From assembly GCA_964187785.1 (NCBI GenBank), contig OZ076409.1:85686001-85750000 (forward strand): DNA of 64,000 bases. The letters run 5' to 3'. The notes beneath the pieces are model-generated. The model ran no database searches. It saw only the letters and a list, made by a program, of their open reading frames with translations, and was not told where the DNA came from. This stretch comes from Amphiscolops sp. MND2022. Taxonomy: Eukaryota. Below, in pieces: positions 26,601-37,713 of the stretch. How positions within the stretch are numbered: the stretch's first letter is position 1; the number at the start of each line of letters is the position of its first letter. The translations under genes and the position numbers were made by a program.

Positions 26601-28892
26601 AACCGCTCAGTAACGAGATTCTTCCAGACCAAAACGACACCCCCTGCACTCTGGAATGCCTGCGACTATGTATTACAGTTCAAGTTCCGAATTATGCACG
26701 TAGCAGGCTCCCAGAACACAGCAGCAGATTTTCTTTCAAGACTTGAACTTACACCGAAAGAAAAGGTCCAACTTAAACTACGAGACGACATACTAACGTC
26801 CCCAATTGAGGTCAATCTACAATCATCAGATGTAGCTGACGAAGAACAACTTTTCTTCCTACCTGATGACGAAGATGAATCTGAACAAGAAATCTTTGCC
26901 CGAAAAGCAATCAGCAAACAACGCGCCCTAGACGAACATGAAAGAGAACTATCAACAAAAGTAACCGAAGTCATCAAGATACCACTCAACTCCGCAGTCT
27001 ACTCCTTCGGCGCAATCAAAGAAAATGCACGGATCAGAAACGAACAAGATGCAGACCCTCTCCTCAAAGCACTGAAGCAACGGATCTCACATGAAGAATA
27101 TGACAAACACCTCCTCAAAACTGAACCACGAGGACGAAACCTATTACGCCACGAAGAAAGAATCATAATGAAGGATGGAGTTCTGATGCGGAAATACTAC
27201 GGAGAAGACGGATCAGTCACCCATAATCAAATCATAATTCCGAAACACCTAGTCCCAGAACTCTTGGCCACTCTACATGGGAAAACAAATAAACATCCAG
27301 GAATCGCAAAAATGATACAAGAATGCAGAGCGAAATACTACTTCCCGGGTCTTGCACGTAAAATCAGAGCTTGGGTAACCAGCTGTCAAGACTGCATTGC
27401 CAATAAAAGAATCGACACAAGACAAATACGCCCCAAAATGCTAAGCAACACTGAATTCACAATGGGACCAGAAGACTGCCTAGAAGTAGACATTCTTCCA
27501 AACCTACCTTCCTCAAATGGATACCAACACATCATCACGATGATGGACGTTTTTTCACGTTACCTTTTCGCTTACCCGACACAGGACATGACAGCCAAAA
27601 CAGTCGCACGATGCATAATAGACGTCATGACACGACACTGCTACCTGCCGACCGTCATTCTAACAGATAAAGGATCACAATTCAGATCAGAAGTAGTCAA
27701 TCAAATAACACAAACATTGGATATACGGATAAGCCACGCATCGACGAAACACGCTCAAACAATTGGCATCCTAGAAAGGACTCATGCCTCTTTGAAAACC
27801 TCCCTAAAGATATCAACGGGGGAACGACGCTCTATGTGGCATAAATATGTCCAGATCGCAGTCATGAACTACAATACGAGCTATCATGAAAGCCTAGGTT
27901 GCGAACCTACAACAGTATTTCACGGACGCATTCCGTACAACATCCTAGACATAAAACTCGGATTGAAACCTGAATGGAAAAAAGATAACAACGAAGAACT
28001 GACGGATCAACTACAGAAGCAAATATCCGAAATACACCATGCCGCCAAAGAAAATCTAATGCAGTCCTACTTAAAGTACAAACAGTACTATGACAAGAAA
28101 GCAACAGCAACACCGCTCAAAGTCAATGACTACTGTTACGTCCTCAATCCGAAGGCAGACAACCAGTCGATGAAATTCGCTTTTAAAGATTGCATTTGGA
28201 CTGGACCCTACATAGTAGTCAAAGTACTCTCGAACAACAACTACATCGTACGCCGCACGGGAACTAGATATACCCAAACCCTCCATAGAATTCGCCTAAG
28301 GCTATATGCGCCCAATCAGCGAGTACCTGACGTAACAGTCAGAAGGGAAGATTATCTTCCAGACCCAGAGGTTAAAACAACCCACAATGATTGGTACGCA
28401 CAAGCTTGGGAAACCGAATTCGGAGAAGTTCTGTTCGGAAACAATACCGAAAACGCCGCAGAAGAAGCCACAGTTACAGAAATTGCAGACACAACAGGAC
28501 GCAACGAAACTACAACGGGAAATGATGTGGTTAAAACAACCACCAATGAAAACACAGTGAAAAATGACGTGGTTCAAACAACCACACACGAAGCTACAAC
28601 GGAAAGCGACGTGGCTCAAACAGCCACAAATGAAAATACTGTAGCAGATAAAACACCTTCCGACAATATAACGTCATTTGATCTAGATGTCAGCGATAAC
28701 CCATATATTTTGACCCCACCACCGATACACAGCCCTCCCAAAACACCCGAATTACCGCCTATAGTCGTTGGATACAATCCTAGAAAAGTGGGACGATACA
28801 ATTTGAGACCTAATCCGAGACCCAACGTGGACCCTGACTTCAGAATGCTAAACTCAACTACAGCGGACGATTTACGTCAAACTCAAAACTAA
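23598..28892 (+). CDS. pol: Pol polyprotein (PR, RT, RNase H, integrase), expressed as a Gag-Pol frameshift product
   Basis: ALVDSGA, KLDCSQAY, QYVDD, LMTDAS, H..HPG..CQDC, DDE core and WTGPY. Frame open from 23598; first ATG at 23748. Confidence 0.97.
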   Translation, partial: KLKSPRLRFGEKVDARAYTIEDPPNRYEEDFLTECNEEPTQDWQRRWNVGMILRHNARHPEDPTPLPQWITESPDNYATLKRPLPESKTDRIYIYDRDYRCDPWDEPTIYDTNKLSFKIQVSNPQAQTTTTTNLPSPPSPILKRTTPSPTAPVTVTSTPIDAENIICIEDKTIWSRQAREQRENTASLSSSPQTAPATAIAAEDEEITECHPTLPEDLDVIKEFIQHDKEDDYIPLMSAIALKKKKRMLFLPIEFNTVKIEALVDSGAYINAISERDAEKLHQNASQCIINKAPPPPFKVQYANAELEQPLATYTLRFKIGDYTFEETFIIMNQTSFPIIGLAFLRKHAAILDTAQGTINFPKIQITMALTDERQKCNPKPITIKTEAKHTIPAHSTRIIYATIPVSTEHSITGTIQPLPQFDECAKVIVAPAITTARDKKLPIKIANTTDFPYTIANDTKMAELQILKPEETKMIRPVDIAALNLLNDHDDVVTYINALMQVERPEDNEEKFWFPTPDHPGNEQEHSPIQKRILKELRDLAELEKLDPTENEDSRNKFLSMFKWTDSLITGKDREKLEDTIVEFNDIFARHRLDIGMNTQFKVSLTPQDDKPVYTQSLPVPINLKEDLTVELALMHKYGIITTLPFSKYASPIFAQRKPNGKLRLLVDLRKINALIADDYINNNHPVSTLSDAAQHLAGKKLFCKLDCSQAYHCLQMADQRSVELLAFNFASRTFAYRRLAQGLSRALSAFSSFMREYLDSVIKADQCAQYVDDIGIAANTTEQLIKNIRAVFKCIRKAGLKLTIEKCHFGVTQIEFLGRTITPDGVAPQDQKVKNFLYKVRFPKSKKQVQKYIGFVNYYRNYIPRLSEKLIGMYELLKADSKIRISEELVDNFKEINASLAEACGLALRQPIAGKQYVLMTDASFRASGYALMIEENDERKILSKRKTFAPVAFGSRVFSPAQLKMSIYCKEFLAIYHAFLEYSHILWEATIPTLVLTDNRSVTRFFQTKTTPPALWNACDYVLQFKFRIMHVAGSQNTAADFLSRLELTPKEKVQLKLRDDILTSPIEVNLQSSDVADEEQLFFLPDDEDESEQEIFARKAISKQRALDEHERELSTKVTEVIKIPLNSAVYSFGAIKENARIRNEQDADPLLKALKQRISHEEYDKHLLKTEPRGRNLLRHEERIIMKDGVLMRKYYGEDGSVTHNQIIIPKHLVPELLATLHGKTNKHPGIAKMIQECRAKYYFPGLARKIRAWVTSCQDCIANKRIDTRQIRPKMLSNTEFTMGPEDCLEVDILPNLPSSNGYQHIITMMDVFSRYLFAYPTQDMTAKTVARCIIDVMTRHCYLPTVILTDKGSQFRSEVVNQITQTLDIRISHASTKHAQTIGILERTHASLKTSLKISTGERRSMWHKYVQIAVMNYNTSYHESLGCEPTTVFHGRIPYNILDIKLGLKPEWKKDNNEELTDQLQKQISEIHHAAKENLMQSYLKYKQYYDKKATATPLKVNDYCYVLNPKADNQSMKFAFKDCIWTGPYIVVKVLSNNNYIVRRTGTRYTQTLHRIRLRLYAPNQRVPDVTVRREDYLPDPEVKTTHNDWYAQAWETEFGEVLFGNNTENAAEEATVTEIADTTGRNETTTGNDVVKTTTNENTVKNDVVQTTTHEATTESDVAQTATNENTVADKTPSDNITSFDLDVSDNPYILTPPPIHSPPKTPELPPIVVGYNPRKVGRYNLRPNPRPNVDPDFRMLNSTTADDLRQTQN

Positions 28893-29038
28893 ATGAAAAC
28901 AATGAGCAGGCTAAACCGAACCGGAGTAGCTACGTAAAATTATCATCTAAACTAAAAAGAACAGCAACAAAGCCAAAATTATAGTTCCTTCAGAATCATC
29001 AAAACATAATAAAAGTCTACAAATCATCACAACACAAA

Positions 29039-32000
29039 TCACTTGACATGATGATGTATGGAAGGATCAATGTCTTTCTTCGACTTCTTCTTCGGAGTCG
29101 TTTTACTACCACCAGCTTGCACGTTAGACTTCTTCGTCTTCCCGACCTGCTTCCCATCAGTACTCTTTTCACCAACTTTATTTCCACTACTTTTCCCTTT
29201 TTCACTAACAGAACTGGAACTACTCTGCACAACGGAACTACTACGAGACCCCTGCTCTGCCCGAGATAAACGATTGACTCGATTACACTCCGTATAATGC
29301 TCATCACTGGATTGACGTCGCTTTGCCAAAAATTCTTTATACAGCTTGCAGAAAGATGCAATAAACGAGTCCACACCGGCATCGCACAAATCTTTCCATA
29401 CGTTAAAATCAGAGCCAATATAAAATAGCCCAGCTTCAGAAACAGCATCTCGCATTAGGCCCATGGATGACTCAGTAAATAACGACTGCGGAGAATAACC
29501 GTCGCTCAAAACATACGATTGAACAACTCTGCAACACAGAAGAACACTTCCTTCAGCCTGTTTACAACTCGACAGATCAAGAGTAAACGGAGGACTAACA
29601 CGGTTGGGCTCACCGACAAGCAGACAACACAACTTGAAGACACGAAGTACATGTCGTCGTGACTGGAACCCAAAATCATCCAGCAAGTAGCGGCGAATGT
29701 CCGTGATAGAACTGGCAGAGCGCTCCAATCGACTATGCTGCCTGCGTTTCTCGATCACGTACGCACTATACTCATCCACAGCAGCATTGCATTCTTCTCG
29801 AGATAAAGCGCCACACCTCACAAGACCATCACACAGCTCAGAAAACAAATCAAACGCACACTTATCGTCACCTTCTAACATCAGTTCAGGGCAGAAACTG
29901 CACAGACCCTTCGAAACAATGGAACGAGTGCTGGCACTCTCCACTAACAGAGTGACGAGGCGATCGATAAATTCTCTGCAGCGACCACGAAACTTTGGCA
30001 TCTCGCTTGCCTTCGACGACAAAAGAGACTTCCCATAATCACAGTGAGCCAAGAACTCATCCATAGGTGCAACAGGGAAACTTGCCGCCTTTTCCACGTC
30101 CATATATGCATCCCAATCGTGAATAGCTGGAAGACTTGACAACTGGCGCGTCTTCATCAACAAACAGTATACGAAATTGCATAATTCACCATAGCCATGG
30201 AATGCATAATCGCTGCGGCTCTGTCTCAACTTCGGCAAATGAATATGGAAAGTATCCAGCATCAATTGCAACAGCCCAAAACGATACGGCACCAGTCCGT
30301 CCGAGATCACAGTTGAATCCATACCTCTCAACTAAACAACAACACAAAATAACTAAGTAGACGGAAAACAACAGATGACCAACAAGACGACCGTGAAGAA
30401 CCCCCCGAAAAAAAAAAGAGAAAGAAAAAAAAAATCATGCAACAAACTCACACTGTCGGCCTGATCTTTCACATGAGGCAATCCGGTACACCGAATGAAC
30501 AGGCGAATTGAAGGCCACAGGTCCACCAAATCAGTCAGAACCTCACGAAGATCCTGGAAGGCAACGGAACCTTGACGAATGGCCTTGCGCAACAACACCT
30601 TGCCATCCGTCCAGTCCTCGTACACAGCGCTCTTTAGCCGTAAAATGACATAGTCCACCAAACTTGTCACCTCTACCATCCCGAAAACATCCTGATGTGC
30701 CTGACGCACACACTGTAGGAACACCTCCTCGGAAAACTGTTGATGCATAACAAGTCGTTTCCCATCAGTACGATTGTCCTCTATCACTCGAAGAAGCACC
30801 GGACTAGCACCGCTGACACAAAAGGGAAGTCGCGCATTTTGCACACTATGGACGAACTGTGCCAAAGGAACCAACTCAGATTTGGGCATAGGCTGGTCCA
30901 AAACTTCCTGACCAATGCAGATTTTCCGCAGAGCATTGTCCAACCAGCACACAACAAAGCATCGTTCCACATCCGCGTCTTTCTCATAGAACAATGCATA
31001 TTCATTGCGCGTCCCGACTGCACTGAGAACCAAACGCAACACCCGAGGAGCAAGGCCACGACACAGCAAGGACTGAAACAATATACAAATACCATGACTA
31101 CAAAACCACACTACTACTGCCCCCCCCCCTCCCGAAAAAGAAAAGGAAAAAGGAAAAAAGGAGAAAAAAAAAGAACAAAAAAAAAAGAAAAAAAAGGAAA
31201 AAGAGGGAAAACGACACAGACAAAGCTCATGAACCCAGAGACCACAAAAATATGTAATACCCCTACTTACCACCGTCTCAGCACGACTCCAATTCAGCTG
31301 ATATTCGGGCGCCCTCTCACCCAAAGAAGCTCGGAAACACGCCCATAAACGTCGCAGCAACGTGAAATCGCCGCCACTCCGGAGCCACTCACAGACGGCC
31401 GAGATCATGGTCATAAATGGGACCTTTGAATCAACTTGGGCATGTTTGGGCACCAAATCTTCTGGAAAGGGAAACCCCTCTGCCAAGTCCACAAAAGGTT
31501 GAGCTTTGTATTCCGCAATCTGGGCGGCAGTCAGTTCCATAGGCTCCAACCATCTATTGTATACGGGCAACCCTGAATGGACTCTGTAGCGCACGTCACG
31601 AAACCAGTGCCCATCAGACGCGAAGTGACGTTTAAACTCGCCAGATCCTTGTGCCTTCATCCGCACATCTCGATTGCACACTCGACAAAAGAACGACGTA
31701 GGCTCCCCGCACTTAGAGCCACTGACAAAGTTGGGATATGCGGGATGCAAAGATAACATGCGTCTCTTCAAATGTTTGCGATTCCCATAAGTTCGCACTC
31801 GCCGCTGGCAGCGATCTCCAATCTTCTTCGACAACTTCGTGAAACCTGCAAACGATAACACAACCATCTATAAATATGACACACGATATTGCGACCCCAA
31901 AACCCCAACCACACTTAAACAACCCCCTATCAACTATGAGATACTAACGGACCTGTCTCGATACTTTGTACTGCCCGAGTCTCCACCTCAGAAATCAGAT

Positions 32001-32948
32001 GACGACCAAATTGCGCCAAGTCAATCGGACTCAACGGAGTATTGCCGGGGAAAGCTAACACCTCCTCCTCCGCTTCTGGATCACCTATAACAAACATCAA
32101 AACAATTAGGTGGACACACTATAGAATCCCGAACCACTCTGAGAAACCCAACCAGAAGACTAAAGTGAACAACTCTATACAAGCATTCTACAAAACAAAG
32201 AGAAGAGAAAAGAAAAGGATGGGGGAAAAAGAGAAACAACTAACTGCTCCATCCCTCTGCCATAAGCTCCTGTAAGCTAGGAGAATGACCACCTTGACGT
32301 TGCGGTGGCGGAGTCGAAAACTTCACAGCCCGCTCACGAGAACAACTTGGCTCCATGACATCGACAGTTGCAGTGCCCTCATCATTTCTCCCTCCTCCAC
32401 TTTCTTTTGGGGAGGCCGGAACGGCCTCGCCTCCACGAGGCTCACTAACAACAGCAGCATCCTGAAGCTGAGAACCAAATCCGGTGGCATCTCGCGAAAT
32501 TCCAGTACTGACGTCGGGAGCCTCTAACAACGAAGAGGAACCAGGCTGGAAAGAAGCAGTATGTCCAGAACCAGCAAGAACAGTCGTCAGCATAGCGTTG
32601 ACAGAGGCAACCGGAAATGCCTCGGTAATGGAAGGGAGTCCCACGGGAACCAAAGAATGGCTAGCCTCCGTATGGGAGCTAAGCCCGGGCAGCGCAATGG
32701 GTTGAGTTACTGAAAATCAAGATCTGGTTCAGACGCGTCAGAGTTACGGGTAAGACTATAAAAGGCTGATCACCAAAAACAATAGTCCTATTGCCCAGGA
32801 AGTCAGAAAGATTTTACCAACCCGAAGCAGAACGAGAAATATCGATGTCAGAAGGAACAACATCATCATCGGTGAAATTGAATGTTGTCTCGTTTCCACT
32901 GACGAACCCTGCACCAGTACCAGCAGGAGGACCAGAATCACCATCCAT
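29039..32948 (-). CDS. Antisense six-exon accessory gene, ~1070 aa, BED-like Zn finger, probably hAT-transposase derived
   Basis: Hand-spliced exons 32948-32822, 32709-32245, 32084-31953, 31845-31271, 31072-30452, 30331-29039. All introns are GT-AG, phases 1,1,1,0,0 are consistent, and 3213 nt stay open. Zn-finger motif CRVC..EFKRHFASDGH. The three 5' exons are less certain than the last three. Confidence 0.8.
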
Positions 32949-33538
32949 CCAGAATAACAACTCAAGAAATCTAAAACAAAAGGAAAAATCAAGAAAAACT
33001 ATGCAAAGCGAACGTAAAAGACAAGAAAAGGAACAATAGCATCATTTCTACAGGAAAGAAAACCATCTATGTTCCAATTCCCATTTTTCCTTTTAAAAGC
33101 CTATTATGGCATTGACGGAACAAAACGTTTCCAAAAGTTGGATAAAAATCCACCAAGAAATGCTAAAGAAGAATTAAGAAAATCATCAGGAGATCACGGA
33201 ACATAGGCGTAATACACCAATGAAACTGTGTGACGTCATTACGCCATTAACCGAAAAGAGGACGGCTACTAGAATTAGAAGTTTTCATCAATTATTTCGA
33301 CCAATCACAACGCAGTAAGAAAGAACTCGTTTCTTTCATTCCGAGACGCACCGAAACGAAAGCGGAAAAACCGACCAATAGAATTTCGTTAAAAATTACG
33401 AAGGAAAAGAATTTGAAACGTTCATTTGTCGTTCAATTTTCATAAAAGCTTGACCAGCATCTTCTGCCAAACTAATTCTCTGTGAACTAGTCAAAGAAGA
33501 CATAAGCCAGAATCCTGCAAAATTTAATCCCTGCAATC

Positions 33539-34408
33539 ATGAACGGATACTCGTTGGTGATAGATATATCTTCCGACGAAGATAATAACCGTTGCAGCAC
33601 GCCGTTGAAGGCATTACCCCTCAACACGATCAGCACTCTTAGTGATTCGTCCACGGAAGCATTCCGTGGGAGTGAAGCTAGAACAGATTCAACATCCGAG
33701 TCTGACTGTTCTCCGAAAAAGCGCGGCCCTACCCCCAGCAAAAAGAAAAAGCTAGGGAGAGTAAGTTTTAATCTACCGCCAGCAGTAAACCCCGACTCAG
33801 ATACCGACTTCTACGAAGAACCGGACACGCCACCGAGCCAGCCCCTAACAAGACCAACACCAGTCCTAAAAGAAAAAGCAAACATTCCCCAATTAGGAAA
33901 TGAAAGGGCTCCAAACACAGTCAAGCTGAATGACTTGAATGAGCCTTCGCTGGCAGATTTGGACGCACTACACGACTTAGATATAGAAGATCGGCAGTTT
34001 TTCGCAGCAGTTGGCCGTGGACGCACTCACTACGGCGCAAAAGAGAATGCCCCCCCTCCGACTAAAAGAGAGCAATGCATTTGTGCGTTAAGCGACCCTA
34101 CTAAGCCGCCGGAAATATGCCCTATCGATACGATGCGAAGAGAACAGGAGCTTCGAGAAATGGAAGAAGAAGAAAGGTTCATAACAAAAATGACTGCAGG
34201 AAGAGGACGTAGTCGCGGCACGCGGATTCTCAACGGCCGTCCCCCTGTCATCATCAGGAAAGAAATTCCCCATTGCCGAGCTATACCCTTGTCTCTTGCT
34301 TCAAGAGGGGCCCTGTCACGACCCGCTCCCGGTCGGGATTATAGCTGCTGCAGTGGGATACCTGGTTTCGAAATTGGCCGGGGACAAGGCCGAGGTAAAC
34401 TCTATTAA
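33539..34408 (+). CDS. Sense accessory ORF (289 aa, low complexity) running through the PPT into the 3' LTR
   Basis: ATG-initiated ORF, VIDISSDED motif, basic KKRGPTPSKKKK stretch, RGRG repeats. Confidence 0.55.
   Translation: MNGYSLVIDISSDEDNNRCSTPLKALPLNTISTLSDSSTEAFRGSEARTDSTSESDCSPKKRGPTPSKKKKLGRVSFNLPPAVNPDSDTDFYEEPDTPPSQPLTRPTPVLKEKANIPQLGNERAPNTVKLNDLNEPSLADLDALHDLDIEDRQFFAAVGRGRTHYGAKENAPPPTKREQCICALSDPTKPPEICPIDTMRREQELREMEEEERFITKMTAGRGRSRGTRILNGRPPVIIRKEIPHCRAIPLSLASRGALSRPAPGRDYSCCSGIPGFEIGRGQGRGKLY
34303..34310 (+). promoter_or_regulatory. Polypurine tract
   Basis: AAGAGGGG 3 nt upstream of the 3' LTR. Confidence 0.7.
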
Positions 34409-36568
34409 ACTAATTTTAAACTGATCTAAATTCTACTTACAGTACAGCGAAATCGATTGCAGATAATTTTCCAAATGCAAAACCTAGCGTAAACGTTACG
34501 GAACACTTTTCAGAAATGATTTTTAGCTAAAACTTCCGGTCAATTATTCCCCGCGCGTGATAAGATTTTTCACTTCCGGTATGATCTTCTGATTTTCTGC
34601 CATACTAATCTAAACACTAAAATGAACATTTATAATTGGGATCATTCTTTCCACTGGTCCACACTAAAATGAAAACATTAAAATAAAATTCAATTCCGAG
34701 ATCCCAACGGAATTCATACAATCTAAAATGAAAAGGAACAGACAAATAATAGAGCGGAATTGTTTTCCAGAGATGAAGTGGTTGTCAATATTCACTTAAA
34801 GCACAGCCAAGTGATTTAGGCAAATATTTACAACGCTATGGCAACGCCAATCTACTGAGCTAATATTAGGAATTTTGCTTCTACGGACCAATAACGTCAC
34901 TCTATTGATAGAACTATTCTTAGCTAAGCTGAATAAAAGCAATTTTGGTTGCCCCTAGCAACACCAATTGAAATAAGAGAGAGGGAATGAATTCACCTAC
35001 GCACTCCGCTTTCTCTCCGCTTGATCTGATAGCTGAGCTATGAGCAACCTTAATACGTACGGGACAGCTACGGAGCGGATTGTAAAATTGTATTCCGCCG
35101 TTCAGCTATAACCAATCTTAATACGTACGGAACAACTCGTAAAATGATAGCGGTGAAGTATTAGTTTAAACCGAAATCAAATAAGGATTTTTCTGAATCG
35201 ACGCACTTAATGAATTTTTGAAAACAAGTCCACATGTAAAAGGTTGTACTGTAAGAAAGGACTAAAATTATGTTCGAAGAGTAACGGTGCTATTGCAATA
35301 GTTTCTCAATTCACGCGTGCCTTACGTTACATTAAGAGTTTATGTATTCAGTGATTAGTTGTTTATCATTAAAATGTTTCACAGAACGTAACGTAAGGTC
35401 AACGTCAAAACCCAAACCAAATGCTATTGATGCAGAATGCCTGCCCTGCCTATTCATATGCGATGCCCAATCGAGTGCAGAATAATTATTGCCTGCAAAT
35501 ACATTTCCTTTCCTATCTATTTGTACTTTGCAATTCGTATGTTACGTTATGGCCACGTATAGGTCAAAGTTAGAATTTCTGTTGGTGCAGTTGTTTAGTT
35601 TACAAAATTAACCGTATAATCATCATTATGTTTTCTCTTAGCGTCGCTTGTTCCTCAATAATATTCAAATATCCGTAGTCCGAAATTCCTTTTGCCTCGT
35701 TTCAATTTCGTTAATTTTTGCGAGTCATTCTTTTACTTCGAATCTCAATCTCCCAAATTGAAAGTTGACTAATTGTTCATGCCGGCGTACTTACGCTGAT
35801 GAATATGCAAGCTAGACTTTTATTTTACCGCGATTTTGAGACTTAAACAGGAAATGGGATTGCCTGAACAAAAATGATTTCAACAAATTTACGGAACACT
35901 GACGCAACTAGGAATTTTGATGCCTGGTTTTTACGACGCGGGACTGAAATGATATGAATCATTAGCGCTTTTTGTTGAACAAACCCGATTTTTGTGATAC
36001 CTAGGAATTTTTAGGTGAGGAACAAATGATGCTGGGAAAGTATAAATATGTAGTACATACATGTAAAGTTAGTTAGTTGTGTTTTGCAAGTTGTAATAAA
36101 CTTAAACTGTTTTCGTTGTTTCAACGTTGAACAAAATCATCTTCGAAGAATTCATCTATTGCCGAAGAATCATTTTTTAACATTAAAAAATGACCACTAG
36201 AAGCCAGAAGAGGAAAGCTGTAGCTGAATTAGTGTCTGGAGATTTTGAAGCTTCTTTAGCTGAAAATAACTCTGCTGAAAACCTGATACCCAGTTCTAGT
36301 AAAAATCCTAGACTTGAGCTTGAAAACCTGGAGGAAATAAAAACAACTCTGAGAAAAGAAATAATGACTGATCTAACAAAGATATTAGCCGAAAACCAAA
36401 AGGAAATGCTTAAATTAATAGCACCAGCGAACAAGAAACGCTCAGTTAGTTCGAACATACAAGATTCTGATTCTGACCAAGAAAACATCTCCGTAACGAG
36501 AACGTCCACTCCAGTCAAGACACAAACTGCGACTAGTTCTAAAACAACACCGGTCAATAGTCGTAACA
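34314..36568 (+). repeat. 3' LTR of element B (2255 bp), includes a duplicate of the gag 5' end at 36190
   Basis: Same length and, wherever compared by eye, same sequence as the 5' LTR. Followed by TSD ACAAG. Confidence 0.97.
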
Positions 36569-37010
36569 ACAAGTTGAACTCTTTAATAATATGCAAACAG
36601 AAAACCGTCAAATCATTTTCCTAAAAGGTATTCAAACTTCCGTAAAGTTAAATCCGGACTCGTTCAAGTCTAGAAAAAGTTAGAAAAGTCTAACCGTTCA
36701 AGTCTTCTTTCATTTTTTTCGATACTGTTTAGAAGTATAAAAATATAGGAGAGAAATTTAATAGCATTATGAGAACGAATAGGACGAGAATAAAAGTTAC
36801 ATTGAATCGAACGCTGCCATTGGATTAAAAACAGTTTTTAGGCTGTTTTCCGAATCCTTTTATTGGTCAATTTATATTTTATAGTTATCATTTCGAAGTG
36901 CCGGCAGAAAAACCGCTATCATTCAGAACCTTAAAGACCTCAAACGTAGGAGATTTATTCGCAAGAAAGTTGACTGAGTTTTTGCTAAAACCGCTCGAGT
37001 TGTTTCAAAT

Positions 37011-37713
37011 ATGAAATCGCACATTTTTGTCAACGTGTTGGGTATGATTGCTTTGTCAGCAGTAGGCCAAGATGGATTCAAAGGTTAGTTTAATCAAGTT
37101 ACTTTAGACGTTTGTATTCAGAAAGGAATTTTAAAAAGAATGACCTTAGAATTCAGACGCTTGCTGAGCACTGGGATATTGCTATATCATCTGCAGACCA
37201 AGATAATTTTTCAAATACATTTGATTTGCGGTTATTTTCGAACTGAAGTCTGAAGAAGAATGTAATGCTCGTTCACCTTGACTTCTAACATTTCATTTTT
37301 CTCGAACAAATTTTCAATTATTAGAAGGAGTTGTTTTTTTTTCAAGTTGTTTCGCGATGTCGATATTTCTGAAAACCTTGGCGATTTACTTAATTTATCA
37401 CAATTATCAACAATTTCAATTTTTGCAAAAATGTTTTCGATTGTTGTTCTGGCTTGCTACGTACGAAGTGGTTTCTGAACTGTAAATTTTATTTTCCCAG
37501 ATACGCTGGAACAGATCCAGGTTCTGGGAGCAGAAGGTCCCCCTGGATGGGATGAGAACTGGAAGTTGACAAACGGGTACACCCTTGAAGGTCAAACGCC
37601 GACCCTGGAAACTAAATGTTACTCTTCCCGAGAGGTCAATGTCGAGGTTTTCATCAACACCCCAATGGCAGAAATATCAAAAGTTCAACTCTTGAACCGA
37701 AAAGATGGACACA
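37011..37713 (+). CDS. Candidate host gene, first two exons (signal peptide plus possible F-type-lectin-like segment)
   Basis: Exon 37011-37083 MKSHIFVNVLGMIALSAVGQ, donor GTTAGT; acceptor TTTCCCAG, exon 37501-37713 ending ISKVQLLNRKDGH, donor GTGAGT. Phases match (1/1). Downstream exons not found. Confidence 0.45.

Larger units (their letters stand above)
20319..36568 (+). mobile_element. Intact Ty3/Gypsy LTR retrotransposon, 16,250 bp (element B)
   Basis: Two TG...CA LTRs, 5-bp TSD ACAAG (20314-20318 and 36569-36573), PBS, PPT, and uninterrupted gag and pol (PR-RT-RH-IN order). Confidence 0.98.

Noticed and set aside
22188..28825. Many minus-strand ORFs overlapping gag-pol of element B
   Set aside because: Expected antisense shadows of a long A/C-rich coding strand; no motifs and no counterpart in element C.
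30353..31867. Single-exon 504-aa membrane protein with a poly-Phe segment
   Set aside because: The hydrophobic stretches are translated T-rich introns bounded by GT-AG. The homolog in element C has introns at the same positions.
36190..36624. Independent 144-aa gene
   Set aside because: It is the LTR-duplicated 5' end of gag reading into flanking DNA.
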